Below, piece by piece: positions 12,588 through 23,347 of a stretch of DNA of 64,000 nucleotides (positions are counted from its first letter, which is position 1; every line of letters starts with the position of its first letter). The DNA comes from Gemmatimonas sp. GTDB lineage: Bacteria > Gemmatimonadota > Gemmatimonadetes > Longimicrobiales > Longimicrobiaceae. The stretch spans positions 28,860 through 92,859 of the forward strand of contig WHSP01000001.1 in assembly GCA_009380025.1 (NCBI GenBank). The letters are read 5' to 3'. The notes under the pieces are model-generated. The model searched no databases and had not been told where the DNA came from. It saw nothing but the letters and a program-made list of their open reading frames with translations. Position numbers and translations under genes: made by a program.

Positions 12588-15515
12588 ATGCAGACGAACT
12601 CAAGCGATCCGGCTCGGCCGCGAGCCCCACTCGCCACGTATCGTCTCCAGCTCAACCTAGACTTCACCTTTCGCGACGCCACCGCGCTCGTCCCGTACCT
12701 ACGGGATCTCGGCGTCAGCGATCTCTACGCATCTCCCTACCTGAAAGCAAGGCCGGGGAGCCTCCACGGGTACGACATCTCCGATCACCGGAGCCTGAAT
12801 TCCGAAGTCGGCTCGTCGGAGGATCACGACGCGCTGACCGGAGCGCTTCGCGACGCAGGAATGGGTCACCTGCTCGATCTCGTCCCCAACCATATGGGCG
12901 TCGAGGAGCCCAGCAATCGCTGGTGGATGGACGTTCTGGAGAACGGCCCCAGCTCGCCGTACGCACCCTACTTCGACGTCGAGTGGAACCCGCAGAAACC
13001 CGAGCTGATCGGGAAGATTCTGCTGCCTGTCCTCGGCGACCAGTTCGGCACCATCCTGGAACAGGGAGAGCTACGTCTCCGCTTCACGGATGGCCGGTTT
13101 CGTATCCTCTACCACGAGCAGGAGTTCCCGGTTTCCTCACGTTCGTCGTCCCTGATCCTGCGGACGGTGCTGTCGGAGCTTCGCGAACACGCGCCCCATG
13201 ACGAGCTTGCGGTCGCCGAGCTGGAAAGCATTGTCACCGCCCTCGAGCACTTGCCTCCCCGGGATCGATCGGATGAGGCAAGCATCTCGGAGCGCAGACG
13301 GGAGAGCATCGTGAGCCGTCGGCGCCTGTTGGCGCTGTACGGGTCCTCGTCAGGCTTTCGGGCAGCGCTGGAGAGGACCATCGCGGAGTACAACGGCACG
13401 GTCGGGGACCCCAGTTCGTTCGACAAGCTCGAGCGCGTGCTGGACGATCAAGCGTACCGCCTCGCCTATTGGCGTGTCGCGGTCGAGGAGATCAACTACC
13501 GCCGATTCGTCGATATCAACAACCTCGCCGGGATCCGGGTCGAACGGAGTGACGTCTTCGACGCCACCCACAGCCTGATCCTCCAGTTCGTCGCCGAACG
13601 TAAGGTGACCGGGCTCCGCATCGACCATCCGGACGGGCTCTTCGATCCGCGCGCATACCTGGAACGCCTACAGGCCGAGGTTTCGAGCCGAATCGGAGGC
13701 AAACCATTCTACGTCGTAGTTGAGAAGATCCTCACTGGCGAGGAACGCGTTCCGGAAAAGTGGCCCGTCGCAGGCACGGTCGGCTATGACTTCCTGAACC
13801 GCGTGAACGGGCTGTACATAGCCCATGAGAACGAGCGCGCGATCACGGAGGTCTACGAACGCTTCACGGGGGATCGTATCGACTTCAACGATCTCGCCTA
13901 CCACAAGAAGAAGTTGATCCTGAGGGTGGCGCTGGCGAGCGAGCTGAACGTGCTCGGGCACCTGCTCAATCGCATCTCGGAGAAGATCCGCCGCTCCCGG
14001 GACTTCACCCGCGGCAGCCTCACCGACGCGCTGCGCGAAACGATCGCCTGCCTTCCGGTCTATCGGACCTATATCGAAGCGATCGCAGGGCACGTTGGAC
14101 CGATGGACGCGGAGTACGTGGAACATGCCATCCGCGATGCAATCCGCCGTAACCGCACGACGAGCCCGAGCATTTTCGGCTTCATCCAGAACATCCTGCT
14201 GCTGCGTTGGCCGGGCGACCTCGACGCGGAGGTGCGCGAAGAACACGCCCTCTTCGTGATGAAGTTCCAGCAGCTGACCGGGCCCGTGATGGCGAAGGGT
14301 GTCGAGGACACGAGCTTCTACATCTACAACCGGCTCATCTCGCTGAACGAGGTGGGGGGCGAAACCGTTCGCTTCGGAGTCCGGCCTCCGGATCTCCACC
14401 GGTGGCTCGAGGAGCGGGTCCGCGCCTGGCCGCTCGGGATGAACAGCTCCTCGACGCACGATACCAAGCGCAGCGAAGACGTGAGGGCGCGGATCAACGT
14501 GCTGTCCGAGATGCCGGGCGAATGGGAAGAACGGGTGCGGCAGTGGGCGGAGATGAACGCCAAGCACAAGGTAGTCGTCGATGGCGATCCGGTCCCTGAC
14601 GCCAACGTCGAATACCTCTTCTATCAAACGCTGATCGGCACGTGGCCCATCCCGCCATCCGACGAGCGAACCCTACTTCGGTTTCGCGAACGGATTCAAC
14701 AGTACATGGAGAAAGCGACGCGAGAAGCGAAGCTACACACCAGTTGGATCACACCGAACGAGGCCTACGATGCCGCCCTCCAGGACTTCATCGGACGCGT
14801 CCTCGACTTCACTGCGGGCTGGGAGGACCGAGGCGGCTTTCTGGCCGACCTGGCGGAGTTTCAGCGAACGACCTCCGAATGCGGGATGGTCAACAGCCTC
14901 TCCCAGACCTTGCTGAAGCTGACTGCTCCCGGCGTGCCCGATCTGTTTCAGGGACAGGAGCTCTGGGACCTGAGCCTGGTCGATCCCGACAATCGGCAAC
15001 CCGTCGACTATGAGAGACGGAGGTCGTTGTTGGAGGAGCTGATGACGCGTCGACGCAGTGTGGAATCGCGGGCGGAGCTCGCTCGGGAGCTCGTCGACAG
15101 CTGGGCCGATGGACGGATCAAGTTACTGCTAACGCACGTCGCGCTCGAGTTGCGCCGCGAACGTGCGCCGATCTTCCTCGAGGGCGATTACATCCCGCTG
15201 GACGCCGAAGGTGAGCGGGCAGAACACCTCTTCGCGTTCGCGAGGCGCCATCCGAGCGGCGCGATCGTGGCGGCTCTGCCGAGACTACCCCTTACGTTTC
15301 GGAACACCGCCGGCGTCAACGTGACCGAAGCCCGCGGGTGGGGCGATACCCGGTTGATCGGGCCAGCGGACGTACTCGCCGGTGCCTGGCGCAACAGCTT
15401 CACCGGCCGCGACATCCGCCTGAGCTCCAGCAGCGGGCGCGCGACCCTGAGCGCAGGCGACCTCCTCGGCGGCTTCCCCGTCGGGCTCCTCGTGAGAATG
15501 GTGAATAGTGAATAG
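12588..15515 (+). CDS. treY: malto-oligosyltrehalose synthase
   Basis: [15 protein letters not shown]...[23 protein letters not shown] and LDLVPNHMG are hallmark TreY blocks. About 975 aa. ATG 12588 chosen. The stop TAG 15513-15515 lies inside a heptamer array. Confidence 0.85.
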   Translation: MQTNSSDPARPRAPLATYRLQLNLDFTFRDATALVPYLRDLGVSDLYASPYLKARPGSLHGYDISDHRSLNSEVGSSEDHDALTGALRDAGMGHLLDLVPNHMGVEEPSNRWWMDVLENGPSSPYAPYFDVEWNPQKPELIGKILLPVLGDQFGTILEQGELRLRFTDGRFRILYHEQEFPVSSRSSSLILRTVLSELREHAPHDELAVAELESIVTALEHLPPRDRSDEASISERRRESIVSRRRLLALYGSSSGFRAALERTIAEYNGTVGDPSSFDKLERVLDDQAYRLAYWRVAVEEINYRRFVDINNLAGIRVERSDVFDATHSLILQFVAERKVTGLRIDHPDGLFDPRAYLERLQAEVSSRIGGKPFYVVVEKILTGEERVPEKWPVAGTVGYDFLNRVNGLYIAHENERAITEVYERFTGDRIDFNDLAYHKKKLILRVALASELNVLGHLLNRISEKIRRSRDFTRGSLTDALRETIACLPVYRTYIEAIAGHVGPMDAEYVEHAIRDAIRRNRTTSPSIFGFIQNILLLRWPGDLDAEVREEHALFVMKFQQLTGPVMAKGVEDTSFYIYNRLISLNEVGGETVRFGVRPPDLHRWLEERVRAWPLGMNSSSTHDTKRSEDVRARINVLSEMPGEWEERVRQWAEMNAKHKVVVDGDPVPDANVEYLFYQTLIGTWPIPPSDERTLLRFRERIQQYMEKATREAKLHTSWITPNEAYDAALQDFIGRVLDFTAGWEDRGGFLADLAEFQRTTSECGMVNSLSQTLLKLTAPGVPDLFQGQELWDLSLVDPDNRQPVDYERRRSLLEELMTRRRSVESRAELARELVDSWADGRIKLLLTHVALELRRERAPIFLEGDYIPLDAEGERAEHLFAFARRHPSGAIVAALPRLPLTFRNTAGVNVTEARGWGDTRLIGPADVLAGAWRNSFTGRDIRLSSSSGRATLSAGDLLGGFPVGLLVRMVNSE

Positions 15516-15587
15516 TGAATGGTGAAGGCGCGGTTTTACACCTTTTCTCTATTCACCATTCTCTATTCACCACTCTCTATTCACGAG
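15492..15587. repeat. inverted pair of period-7 arrays, family GTGAATA; forms a long imperfect hairpin between convergent genes
   Basis: Left arm: GTGAATA GTGAATA GTGAATG GTGAAGG (15501-15528). Right arm: TATTCAC CATTCTC TATTCAC CACTCTC TATTCAC (15550-15584), which is the reverse complement of the same unit. Confidence 0.8.
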
Positions 15588-16168
15588 AGCTGGGCCTGAA
15601 CGCGCTCTGCCAGGCCTAGATCCAGCCCGCCTGCGTTCGCAACCTCGGACGAATCCGCGTTCCGCAGCTCCCAAACGTTCGCGTAGCGCTCCAACAGGGC
15701 ATTTCTCCGCTGCGGCCCGACGCCCTTAATGGTTCCGAGCGCGATGTCGAGCCGCTCCTTTTCGAGTGCCAACCCGATTTCGTCGCGATCGTTCACATTG
15801 TGGCCGCGACTGCGAAGGGACTCCAAGAAGTTCAGCCAGTCGTCATGCCCCCAGCCGGAAGGTCGAGCCGACGCGAAATCCCTTAGGTCCTGCCGAATGT
15901 CGGGCGTGCCGCTGGACGGCGCCGCGATGGCGTCTGCCGGTCCGCGACCGGTCTTTGGCGGCTGTCGATCGATACCCGTCGCGGCTGCCCTCCTGCCCCT
16001 CGTAGCTGCCGCACTCGCGGCGTCGGCCGTCGGCGCTCGACGCCTCGGCGGGGCCGGCTCTGTTCCGCTCGTCGCCTTGGCTGACCTCGCCCTTGCCGAA
16101 GCCTTGCGGGCCTGGCCGGCCGCCGGCGCCGATTTCACCTCCGCGATATCGAGCTCGTTCTCTGCCAT
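15581..16168 (-). CDS. hypothetical protein with Ala/Arg/Pro-rich N-terminal half and a helix-hairpin-helix-like C-terminus
   Basis: GGAGAGG Shine-Dalgarno just upstream of ATG 16168, 40 nt after the glgB stop. C-terminal LGTIKGVGPQRRNALLERY resembles an HhH motif. I recognise no family. Confidence 0.55.
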   Translation of the reverse strand: MAENELDIAEVKSAPAAGQARKASARARSAKATSGTEPAPPRRRAPTADAASAAATRGRRAAATGIDRQPPKTGRGPADAIAAPSSGTPDIRQDLRDFASARPSGWGHDDWLNFLESLRSRGHNVNDRDEIGLALEKERLDIALGTIKGVGPQRRNALLERYANVWELRNADSSEVANAGGLDLGLAERVQAQLS

Positions 16169-16208
16169 GGAAGATACCTCTCCTTTCTGACGTGAATTGA
16201 CGAACGGC

Positions 16209-18416
16209 TCAGGAACCCATCGCCCCCGGGTCGTGCTTCAGCACGAGCACCGCGAGCGGGGGCAGGAGCAGACGGAGCGACTGTGGGTGTGAGTGGCTTC
16301 CGAGCGGTTCCGTCTCCACCCACCCAGCATTGCCGAGGTTGCTACCACCGTAGATCTCAGCGTCGCTGTTCAGCACTTCCCTGTAGCGGCCCCCTTTGGG
16401 GACCCCGACCTGGTACCCGGGCCGGGGCACGGGCGTGAAGTTGCAGAGAATCACGAGGTTATCACCGTCTTTCGCAATCCGGCGGAAGATGATGACGCTG
16501 TTCTCGACATCGTGGAAATCGATCCACTGAAACCCCTCGTAAGTGACGTCCTGCTCCCAAAGAGCGGGCTCACGCCGGTAGACGTTGTTCAGGTCCCGGA
16601 TCCAGCGTTGCGCCCCCTGATGAAGAGGCCGCTCGAGGAGCCACCAGTCGAGAGGGCTACCTTCGTGCCACTCCCTCCATTGACCCAGCTCAGTTCCCAT
16701 GAACAGCAGCTGCTTGCCCGGATGGGACCACATGAAGCCGAGCGCGAGCCGAAGGTTGGCGAACTTCTGCCATTCGTCGCCAGGCATCTTGTCGAGCAGC
16801 GATCGCTTGCCGTGGACGACTTCGTCATGCGAGATGGGCAGGATGAAGTATTCGCTGAAGGCGTACATCAGCGAGAAGGTCAGCAACCCGAAGTGGTACT
16901 TGCGGTAGATGGGCTCGTGCTCGATGAAGCGTAGGAAGTCGTTCATCCACCCCATGTTCCACTTGAAGTGGAAGCCCAGTCCACCGCCGGTCACCGACTT
17001 GGTCACCCCTGGCCACGCCGTGGACTCTTCGGCGACCATCAGCGCGCCGGGGAAGAGCTCCCGCACTGACGAGCTGAGCTGGCGGAAGAACTCGATCGAC
17101 TCGAGGTTCTCACGGCCGCCGTAGCGGTTGGGCAACCACTCACCTTCCTCACGCGAGTAGTCGAGATAGAGCATCGATGCGACTGCATCGACCCGCAACC
17201 CGTCGACGTGGAACTCGTCCAGCCAGTAGATCGCATTGGCCATGAGGAAGTTGCGGACCTCGTTGCGGCCGTAGTTGAAGATCATCGTACCCCAATCGGG
17301 GTGTTCCCCCATGCGGGGGTCGAGGTGCTCGTAGAGCGCTGTACCGTCGAAACGAGAGAGCCCCGCGGCGTCCTTGGGGAAGTGCGCCGGTACCCAGTCG
17401 AGTAGCACGCCGATTCCGTGCTTGTGCAGTCGATCGATCAGGTGCTTGAAGTCGTCCGGCGATCCATAACGGCTAGTCGGGGCATAGTAGCCAATGACCT
17501 GGTATCCCCAGGACGGGTCGTAGGGATGCTCCATGACCGGCAGGAACTCGACGTGGGTGAAGCCGAGGTCCGAGACGTAGGCGGGGAGCTCATCGGCGAG
17601 CTCGCGGTAGGTCATCGGCCGGTCCTCACGCCAGCGCCAGGAGCCGAGGTGCACCTCATAGATCGACATCGGCTCGAGTGCCGCATTCGACGCCTTCCTG
17701 CGTTCCATCCAGTCCTCGTCATCCCAGTCGAATTCCCCCAGTGCGTGAACGACGGAGGCCGTGGCTGGACGAACCTCCGTCGCGAAGCCGACCGGGTCAG
17801 CCTTTACGAAAAGGGGGCCAGATCTCGGTTTGATCTCGTACTTGTAAAGGGTTCCCAAGGAGAGCTCTGGGATGAAGATCTCCCAGATGCCTGCGCCCGG
17901 GTGCAGGCGCATGGGATGGCGGCGACCGTCCCAGTGGTTGAAGTCGCCCACGACGCTGACGCGCAGGGCATTCGGAGCCCACACGCCAAAGCGGACGCCC
18001 GGAACCCCGTCGACCGTCATTGGATGCGCGCCGAGCTTTCGATAGAGAAGGAGATCCTTCCCCTCGCCGAGGAGGTGCAGGTCGAGCTCCCCGAGAGTGG
18101 ATGGAAATGAGTACGGATCGGCGAAGGCCAACTCTCCTCCGCTCGGCCACTTCGCTTTCAGCCGATACGGAAGGCCGCCATCATCCGGAAAGCGAGCCTC
18201 GAAGAACCCGGTCTCATCGAGCCGATCCATTCGGGTTGCCTTCCCGTTCCGGCTATCGATGACCTCGACCTCCTCGGCATCCGGCACGAACGTGCGCACG
18301 ACCGTCACCGGCCCGTCGGGAAGCATCGCTCGATGCTTTCCCAGCACTGAAAAGGGATTGGAATGCTCACCGTGAACGATCAGCTGGATGTCCTTCTGTG
18401 AGGTTGCCGACGCCAT
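16209..18416 (-). CDS. glgB: 1,4-alpha-glucan branching enzyme
   Basis: 735 aa with GH13 blocks DWVPAHFPKD, HVDGLRVDAVASMLY, AEESTAWP and ISHDEVVHGK. Confidence 0.92.
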   Translation of the reverse strand: MASATSQKDIQLIVHGEHSNPFSVLGKHRAMLPDGPVTVVRTFVPDAEEVEVIDSRNGKATRMDRLDETGFFEARFPDDGGLPYRLKAKWPSGGELAFADPYSFPSTLGELDLHLLGEGKDLLLYRKLGAHPMTVDGVPGVRFGVWAPNALRVSVVGDFNHWDGRRHPMRLHPGAGIWEIFIPELSLGTLYKYEIKPRSGPLFVKADPVGFATEVRPATASVVHALGEFDWDDEDWMERRKASNAALEPMSIYEVHLGSWRWREDRPMTYRELADELPAYVSDLGFTHVEFLPVMEHPYDPSWGYQVIGYYAPTSRYGSPDDFKHLIDRLHKHGIGVLLDWVPAHFPKDAAGLSRFDGTALYEHLDPRMGEHPDWGTMIFNYGRNEVRNFLMANAIYWLDEFHVDGLRVDAVASMLYLDYSREEGEWLPNRYGGRENLESIEFFRQLSSSVRELFPGALMVAEESTAWPGVTKSVTGGGLGFHFKWNMGWMNDFLRFIEHEPIYRKYHFGLLTFSLMYAFSEYFILPISHDEVVHGKRSLLDKMPGDEWQKFANLRLALGFMWSHPGKQLLFMGTELGQWREWHEGSPLDWWLLERPLHQGAQRWIRDLNNVYRREPALWEQDVTYEGFQWIDFHDVENSVIIFRRIAKDGDNLVILCNFTPVPRPGYQVGVPKGGRYREVLNSDAEIYGGSNLGNAGWVETEPLGSHSHPQSLRLLLPPLAVLVLKHDPGAMGS

Positions 18417-18666
18417 CAGGGTCCCGTGACGAGTTGAGATGAGCCCGCGAGGAAGCCCCCGTGCGCGGGCTTAGGGAACGCGCAAGGAATGTGCGCGGTG
18501 CCGCGGCCGGGCGGCCGAGGGGGCTGCCAGATACCGGTTACCGATTGATATGATTGCGGTTACGCGCGGATTGACCGCCGCCAGAGGACGAACCGGCAGC
18601 TGGCAAGGGGAACGGGTGCGTACCAGCCGCCGAGGCCGACATCCCAAAACGGCGGCCGCCCTGGCG

Positions 18667-19824
18667 CTATGACGATTGGGAGTAGGGGGCGCCCGCCACC
18701 TGCACCAGCTTCGCTTCGATCGAGGCCAGGAGGTCGCGGAACGGAAGAACGAACTTCTCGACGCCTCCGCGCTGGAGCTCTCGCGTTACGTCATCGAGAT
18801 CGATGCCCGCCTCCTGGATTGCGCGCAGGTCACGACGCGCCGCATCGACGTCATGGTCGATGCGGCGGCGTGCCTCGCCATGGTCGGCGAAGGCCTCGAG
18901 GGTCGCGAGAGGCATGGTATTGACGGTGTCCGGCCCGATCAGCTCCTCGACGTAGAGCACGTCTCGATAGGAGGGGTTCTTGGTCGAAGTGCTCGCCCAA
19001 AGTGGCCGCTGGACGTGTGCCCCTTTCTCGCGGAGCGATGCGAACCGCTGCCCCCCGAAGATCAAGGTGAAGTGCTGGTAGGCAAGCTTGGCGTTGGCGA
19101 CGGCCGCTCGTCCGCGTAGCGCGAGAATGTCCGCAGCCGCCTTCTCATCCAGCGACTGCTCCGCCCGCCGCTCGAGCGCCGCATCGACCGAGGTGTCCAC
19201 GCGAGAAACGAAGAACGACGCCACCGAGGCGAGGTGAGCCAGCGGGAGGCCACGCTCTGCCCGTCGCTCGAGCGCCTTCAGGTATCTCTCCATCACCTTC
19301 TCGTAGCCGCCGAGCGAGAAGAGCAGGGTGACGTTGACGTTGATCCCTTCGAAGAGCGCCTCCTCGATGGCGGGCAGTCCTGCTGCCGTCCCCGGAATCT
19401 TGATCATGACGTTGGGGCGGTCGACGGCCGTCCAAAGCCGCCGAGCCTCCTCGAGCGAGCCCTGCGTGTCGTGCGCAAGCTCCGGCGACACCTCGAGGGA
19501 GACGAACCCATCGCCTCCGCCGGTTTCGTCGTAGAGCCCCCGAAAGAGATCCGCCGCACGCCGTATATCGTCGATGGCGAGCGTTTCGTACGCAACGATC
19601 GGTTCGATTCCCTCGGCCGCGAGGGTGGCGAGGACGTCGTCGTAGTCATCGCTCCGACCAATGGCCTGCTCGAAGATGGCGGGGTTCGACGTCACGCCCC
19701 GGACGGCGTCCTCGCGAATGAGCCGCTCGAGTTCGCCGTTGTCCAGGATCCCTTTGCGAATGTAGTCGAGCCACACGCTCTGCCCGAGCTCCGTCAACCC
19801 CCACAGAGGGCCGGATTTCGCCAT
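18667..19824 (-). CDS. tal: transaldolase
   Basis: GQSVWLDYIRK, VTSNPAIFEQA and MIKIPGT (active-site Lys block). ATG 19824 chosen over the 20007 ORF start. Sits downstream of tkt. Confidence 0.85.
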   Translation of the reverse strand: MAKSGPLWGLTELGQSVWLDYIRKGILDNGELERLIREDAVRGVTSNPAIFEQAIGRSDDYDDVLATLAAEGIEPIVAYETLAIDDIRRAADLFRGLYDETGGGDGFVSLEVSPELAHDTQGSLEEARRLWTAVDRPNVMIKIPGTAAGLPAIEEALFEGINVNVTLLFSLGGYEKVMERYLKALERRAERGLPLAHLASVASFFVSRVDTSVDAALERRAEQSLDEKAAADILALRGRAAVANAKLAYQHFTLIFGGQRFASLREKGAHVQRPLWASTSTKNPSYRDVLYVEELIGPDTVNTMPLATLEAFADHGEARRRIDHDVDAARRDLRAIQEAGIDLDDVTRELQRGGVEKFVLPFRDLLASIEAKLVQVAGAPYSQSS

Positions 19825-19939
19825 TTCGCTCGCCGGTTGCTTCGTGTCCACCAAGATTACTCCCTCCGAGTCGAGAAGTCGGGAGGACTCGAATATATCA
19901 TCGTCGTTCAGACACGCGGGTTCAGGAAACCCAACGGAT

Positions 19940-22033
19940 TCAGCGCTCGTCCACACCGAGCCGCGCCGGTCCGGCAGCTCCCTCGCCACCCACCTCGGGC
20001 TCACCATTCGGCGACATACCGAGAACGAGCCGGGCTCGTGCTACCACGTTGTCGACCGAGAAGCCCAGTTCGTGGAAGATTCGCTTCGCCGGCGCCGACT
20101 CGCCGAAGCGTGAGATCCCGATGATCTCACCCCGCTCGCCGACCCAACGGTGCCACCCCATCGGGCTAGCCGCCTCGATCGACACCCGAGCCCGCACCGA
20201 GTCCGGAAGGACCTTCTTTCGGTACCCCTCCGACTGTCGCTCGAAGAGGACCCAGCTCGGCATGCTCACCACCCGCGTCCCGATGCCATCGGCCTGAAGT
20301 CGCTCTCGAGCCTCGACCGCGAGCGCGACCTCGGATCCCGAGGCAATCAGGATCACTTCTGTATCGCCCTCGGACTCGGCGAGCACGTATGCCCCCTTCC
20401 AGAGCGCTTCCGCGCGGGCCGGCTGCTCGCGGTCGAGGTGGGGTACTGCCTGCCGTGTCAAGGCCAGGAAAGCCGGCCCGTCCCGGTATTGCATGATGAA
20501 GCGCCATGCCTCGGCGGTCTCGGCCGGGTCGGCGGGACGCAGGTCTACCAGGCCGGGGATCGCACGGAGAGCCGCGAGCTGCTCGATCGGTTGATGGGTG
20601 GGTCCATCCTCGCCAAGGCCGACGCTATCGTGCGTGAACACGAAGATCGTGGGCTGCTCCATCAGCGCTGACAGCCGGACGGCGGGACGCATGTAGTCCG
20701 AGAAGATCAGGAAAGTGCCCCCGTACGGTCGGACGCCACCGTGCAGACACATGCCGTTCATAAGTGAACCCATCGCATGTTCCCGCACTCCGAAGTGCAG
20801 GTTGCGACCGGTTCGATCGGAGGGACCGAAGCTCTTCTCGCCCTCGAGCAAGGTGTTGTTCGAACCAGCCAGATCGGCCGATCCCCCGATCAGCCACGGC
20901 ACCCGGCGGGCGATCGCGTTCAGCACGAGTCCGGACGCCGCCCGAGTGGCGATCGGCTTGTCGCCGGGGCCGAACCGCGGAATCTCCTCGTCCCAACCTT
21001 CCGGCAGCCGTCGCTCCAGAGCGTCGGTGAGCTCTTCGGCCGCCTGGGGATGCTCCGCGGCATATCGACCCCACCGCTCAGACCACTCCCGTTGTAGAAC
21101 CTCCCCACGACTTTGCTGACGGCGCATCGCCTCGAGCACCTCGTCAGGAACGTGGAAGGGTTCCGTCCATTCCCACCCGAGGTTCTCCTTCGTCAGTCGG
21201 ACCTCCTCAACTCCGAGAGGCGACCCATGGGCCGCCTCCGACCCCGCTTTGTTCGGCGACCCGTAGCCAATCACCGTTCGAACCCCAATCATGCTGGGCC
21301 GCGGATCGGCCTGTGCCTCGCGGATCGCGGCGTCGAGCGCATCCAGGTCGTTGCCATCGTCCACGTGCCGAGTATGCCAGCCGTAGGCATCGAACCGCTT
21401 CAGCGGGTTCTCGGTGAACGCGAGGTTCGTATCCCCCTCGATGGTGATCGAGTTGTCGTCCCAGAAGCAGATGAGCTTCCCGAGGCGGAGGTGGCCGGCA
21501 AGCGATGCGGCTTCGCTCGCGACGCCCTCCATCAGGTCGCCATCCGAACAGATCACGTATGTGAAGTGGTCGATGATCTCGTGGCCGGGGCGATTGAAGA
21601 GCGCCGCCAGCCGGGCTTCGGCCAGCGCCATCCCGACCGCGTTGGCGATCCCCTGCCCCAAGGGGCCGGTCGTCGTCTCCACACCCGGCGTCATGCCGTA
21701 CTCCGGGTGGCCCGGCGTGCGGCTCTCCCATTGTCGGAAATTCTCGAGATCCTCGATCGTCAGATCGTATCCGGCGAGGAAGAGGAGCGAATAGAGGAGC
21801 ATCGAGGCGTGACCGGCCGAAAGCACGAACCGATCACGATCAATCCAACCCGGATCCGCCGGGTTGTGTCGCAAGTGGTTCGTCCAGAGGAGATACGCGA
21901 GGGGAGCCAGCGCCATCGGCGTTCCCGGGTGCCCCGCATTCGCGCGCTGGACGGCGTCCATCGAGAGCGTACGGATCGTATTGATGCACAGCTCGTCGAG
22001 AACTGTACGGCGCGGTAGCGTAGTGGAAGCCAT
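19940..22033 (-). CDS. tkt: transketolase
   Basis: [12 protein letters not shown] near the N-terminus; the GDG TPP-binding region CSDGDLMEG; [21 protein letters not shown]. Confidence 0.92.
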   Translation of the reverse strand: MASTTLPRRTVLDELCINTIRTLSMDAVQRANAGHPGTPMALAPLAYLLWTNHLRHNPADPGWIDRDRFVLSAGHASMLLYSLLFLAGYDLTIEDLENFRQWESRTPGHPEYGMTPGVETTTGPLGQGIANAVGMALAEARLAALFNRPGHEIIDHFTYVICSDGDLMEGVASEAASLAGHLRLGKLICFWDDNSITIEGDTNLAFTENPLKRFDAYGWHTRHVDDGNDLDALDAAIREAQADPRPSMIGVRTVIGYGSPNKAGSEAAHGSPLGVEEVRLTKENLGWEWTEPFHVPDEVLEAMRRQQSRGEVLQREWSERWGRYAAEHPQAAEELTDALERRLPEGWDEEIPRFGPGDKPIATRAASGLVLNAIARRVPWLIGGSADLAGSNNTLLEGEKSFGPSDRTGRNLHFGVREHAMGSLMNGMCLHGGVRPYGGTFLIFSDYMRPAVRLSALMEQPTIFVFTHDSVGLGEDGPTHQPIEQLAALRAIPGLVDLRPADPAETAEAWRFIMQYRDGPAFLALTRQAVPHLDREQPARAEALWKGAYVLAESEGDTEVILIASGSEVALAVEARERLQADGIGTRVVSMPSWVLFERQSEGYRKKVLPDSVRARVSIEAASPMGWHRWVGERGEIIGISRFGESAPAKRIFHELGFSVDNVVARARLVLGMSPNGEPEVGGEGAAGPARLGVDER

Positions 22034-22309
22034 CCTGGGTGGAATCCCTCGATCGGAATGTTGCTACGAACTCGAAGACGGTGGATTGACGGCCCGGCTC
22101 CCCGATTCACTATCTGAATCGCCCCTGCGGCCAGCGGGAACCCGCGACCGCCATGGCGGCGCCCGGAAGAGGCTAGCTCGGGACAGATCTCGTTCCGAGA
22201 GTCGGTCGGTAATGTATTGCAAAGACCTCCCAAGTCCAGTGGGACCAGCCCGGCATGGGGTGCTGGCGGCGGCGGCCGACCCGTTCCCTCCCCAGCCTCC
22301 CAGAAGCAC

Positions 22310-22336
22310 GAACGCCCCGCTTTTTGCGGGGCGTTC
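22310..22336 (-). terminator. perfect 11-bp stem-loop downstream of the PRC-barrel gene
   Basis: GAACGCCCCGC-TTTTT-GCGGGGCGTTC, 23 nt after the stop at 22359. There is no flanking U-tract, so intrinsic-terminator status is uncertain. Confidence 0.55.
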
Positions 22337-22358
22337 GGCTGTCGGTCCAGAGTAGGCC

Positions 22359-23186
22359 TCAGCGGTCCTCTTCTTCTTCTCGGACATCGACATCGCCCTG
22401 GCGACGCAGGTCCACCCGCTCCCGGCGAAGGTCCGCCTCCACCGTTTCGTCACGGACCCGGTCCTCCTTACGCACGACGATCTCCTCCTTCGGGACCGCG
22501 CGCTTCTCCACCACCAACTCTTCCTCGCTGACTGGGATCCGGATCTCCTCATCCTCGATGCGAGCATCAGTCGACATGGCAGCCGGATGTCTCTCGACGA
22601 TGACCTCCTCATGGTGCGTCGGGACGTGCTCGCTCACGTGCTCCGTCTCTACGTGCTTCTCGAGGTCCAGCTCTCCCATCTGGTGCTCACGCCTGCCCAC
22701 CGCCAACTCCTCCTCCGACCGCGTCATCCGCGCCTCACCCTCACGACCTCGGAAGAACCGATCTTCGTCGTAAAGGTCATCCGCGTAGAAGTCCTCCTCT
22801 GAGCCTGTGTAGCCCGTGTCGAAGTACTTCCGGAGCGTGGTCTCGTATTCCCGCGTCAACGGCTCGTGTCGATACGCCGGTATCTCACCCAAATTCCCAG
22901 GATTCAACGAATCCACGAAGATCTGGTCGGCACCCTCGTCCAGCCGGGCAAACCCGATCGGAACCAGGATGTGACGATTGGAGCCGTCCGTGATATTCGA
23001 TTCATCGAGATCCACGTCGAGATAGCGGACCTTCATGGCGGTCGAGTCGACGAGCAGATTGTCTACGTCACCAATCTTGCTACCGTCGCTGGAGAGCACC
23101 TCCCAACCCCGTACGTCGGGATCACCCTCGGCCACCTTGAAGTCACTCAACTCGTCGAGTGGGACGATGCGATCTGTTCTATCCAT
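22359..23186 (-). CDS. PRC-barrel domain plus DUF2382 (YsnF/AvaK-like) stress-response protein
   Basis: N-terminus FKVAEGDPDVRGWEVLSSDGSKIGDVDNLLVD is PRC-barrel-like. The acidic C-terminal half has repeated EE-(I/L)-x-V-x-K-R/E blocks typical of DUF2382. Strong AGGAGG Shine-Dalgarno before ATG 23186. Confidence 0.75.
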   Translation of the reverse strand: MDRTDRIVPLDELSDFKVAEGDPDVRGWEVLSSDGSKIGDVDNLLVDSTAMKVRYLDVDLDESNITDGSNRHILVPIGFARLDEGADQIFVDSLNPGNLGEIPAYRHEPLTREYETTLRKYFDTGYTGSEEDFYADDLYDEDRFFRGREGEARMTRSEEELAVGRREHQMGELDLEKHVETEHVSEHVPTHHEEVIVERHPAAMSTDARIEDEEIRIPVSEEELVVEKRAVPKEEIVVRKEDRVRDETVEADLRRERVDLRRQGDVDVREEEEDR

Positions 23187-23347
23187 TTGTCCTCCTTGGA
23201 TTTGGTACCGCTGAACGCCGTTACCGGAGTCGCAAGTATCGTGCGCGATACGACTCCGCGAAGCCGCCCGCGGGAACCCTCATGTATTGCAACCGTCGCG
23301 CCCGCAATAAGACGAACAAAACCCGTACCTCAAGGGCCGGAGACCCG

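Noticed and set aside
10858-12660. 600-aa plus-strand ORF antisense to glgX; similar long antisense ORFs occur at 4014..5150, 4694..5758, 13668..14627, 44808..46085 and 42188..43306
   Set aside because: These are shadow ORFs of high-GC coding regions. In each case the opposite strand encodes a protein with unmistakable family motifs.
19601-19612. tRNA T-arm-like GGTTCGATTCCC
   Set aside because: It lies inside the transaldolase reading frame, and no acceptor or anticodon stems can be built around it. I found no convincing tRNA anywhere in the window.
22034-22309. TPP riboswitch or other known leader RNA upstream of tkt
   Set aside because: I could not find the conserved CUGAGA / ACCUGAUCUGGAUAAUGCCAGCG elements. 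Only small hairpins are present (CGCCATGGCG; CGATTCA-CTATC-TGAATCG). A covariance-model scan would be needed to exclude other RNAs.
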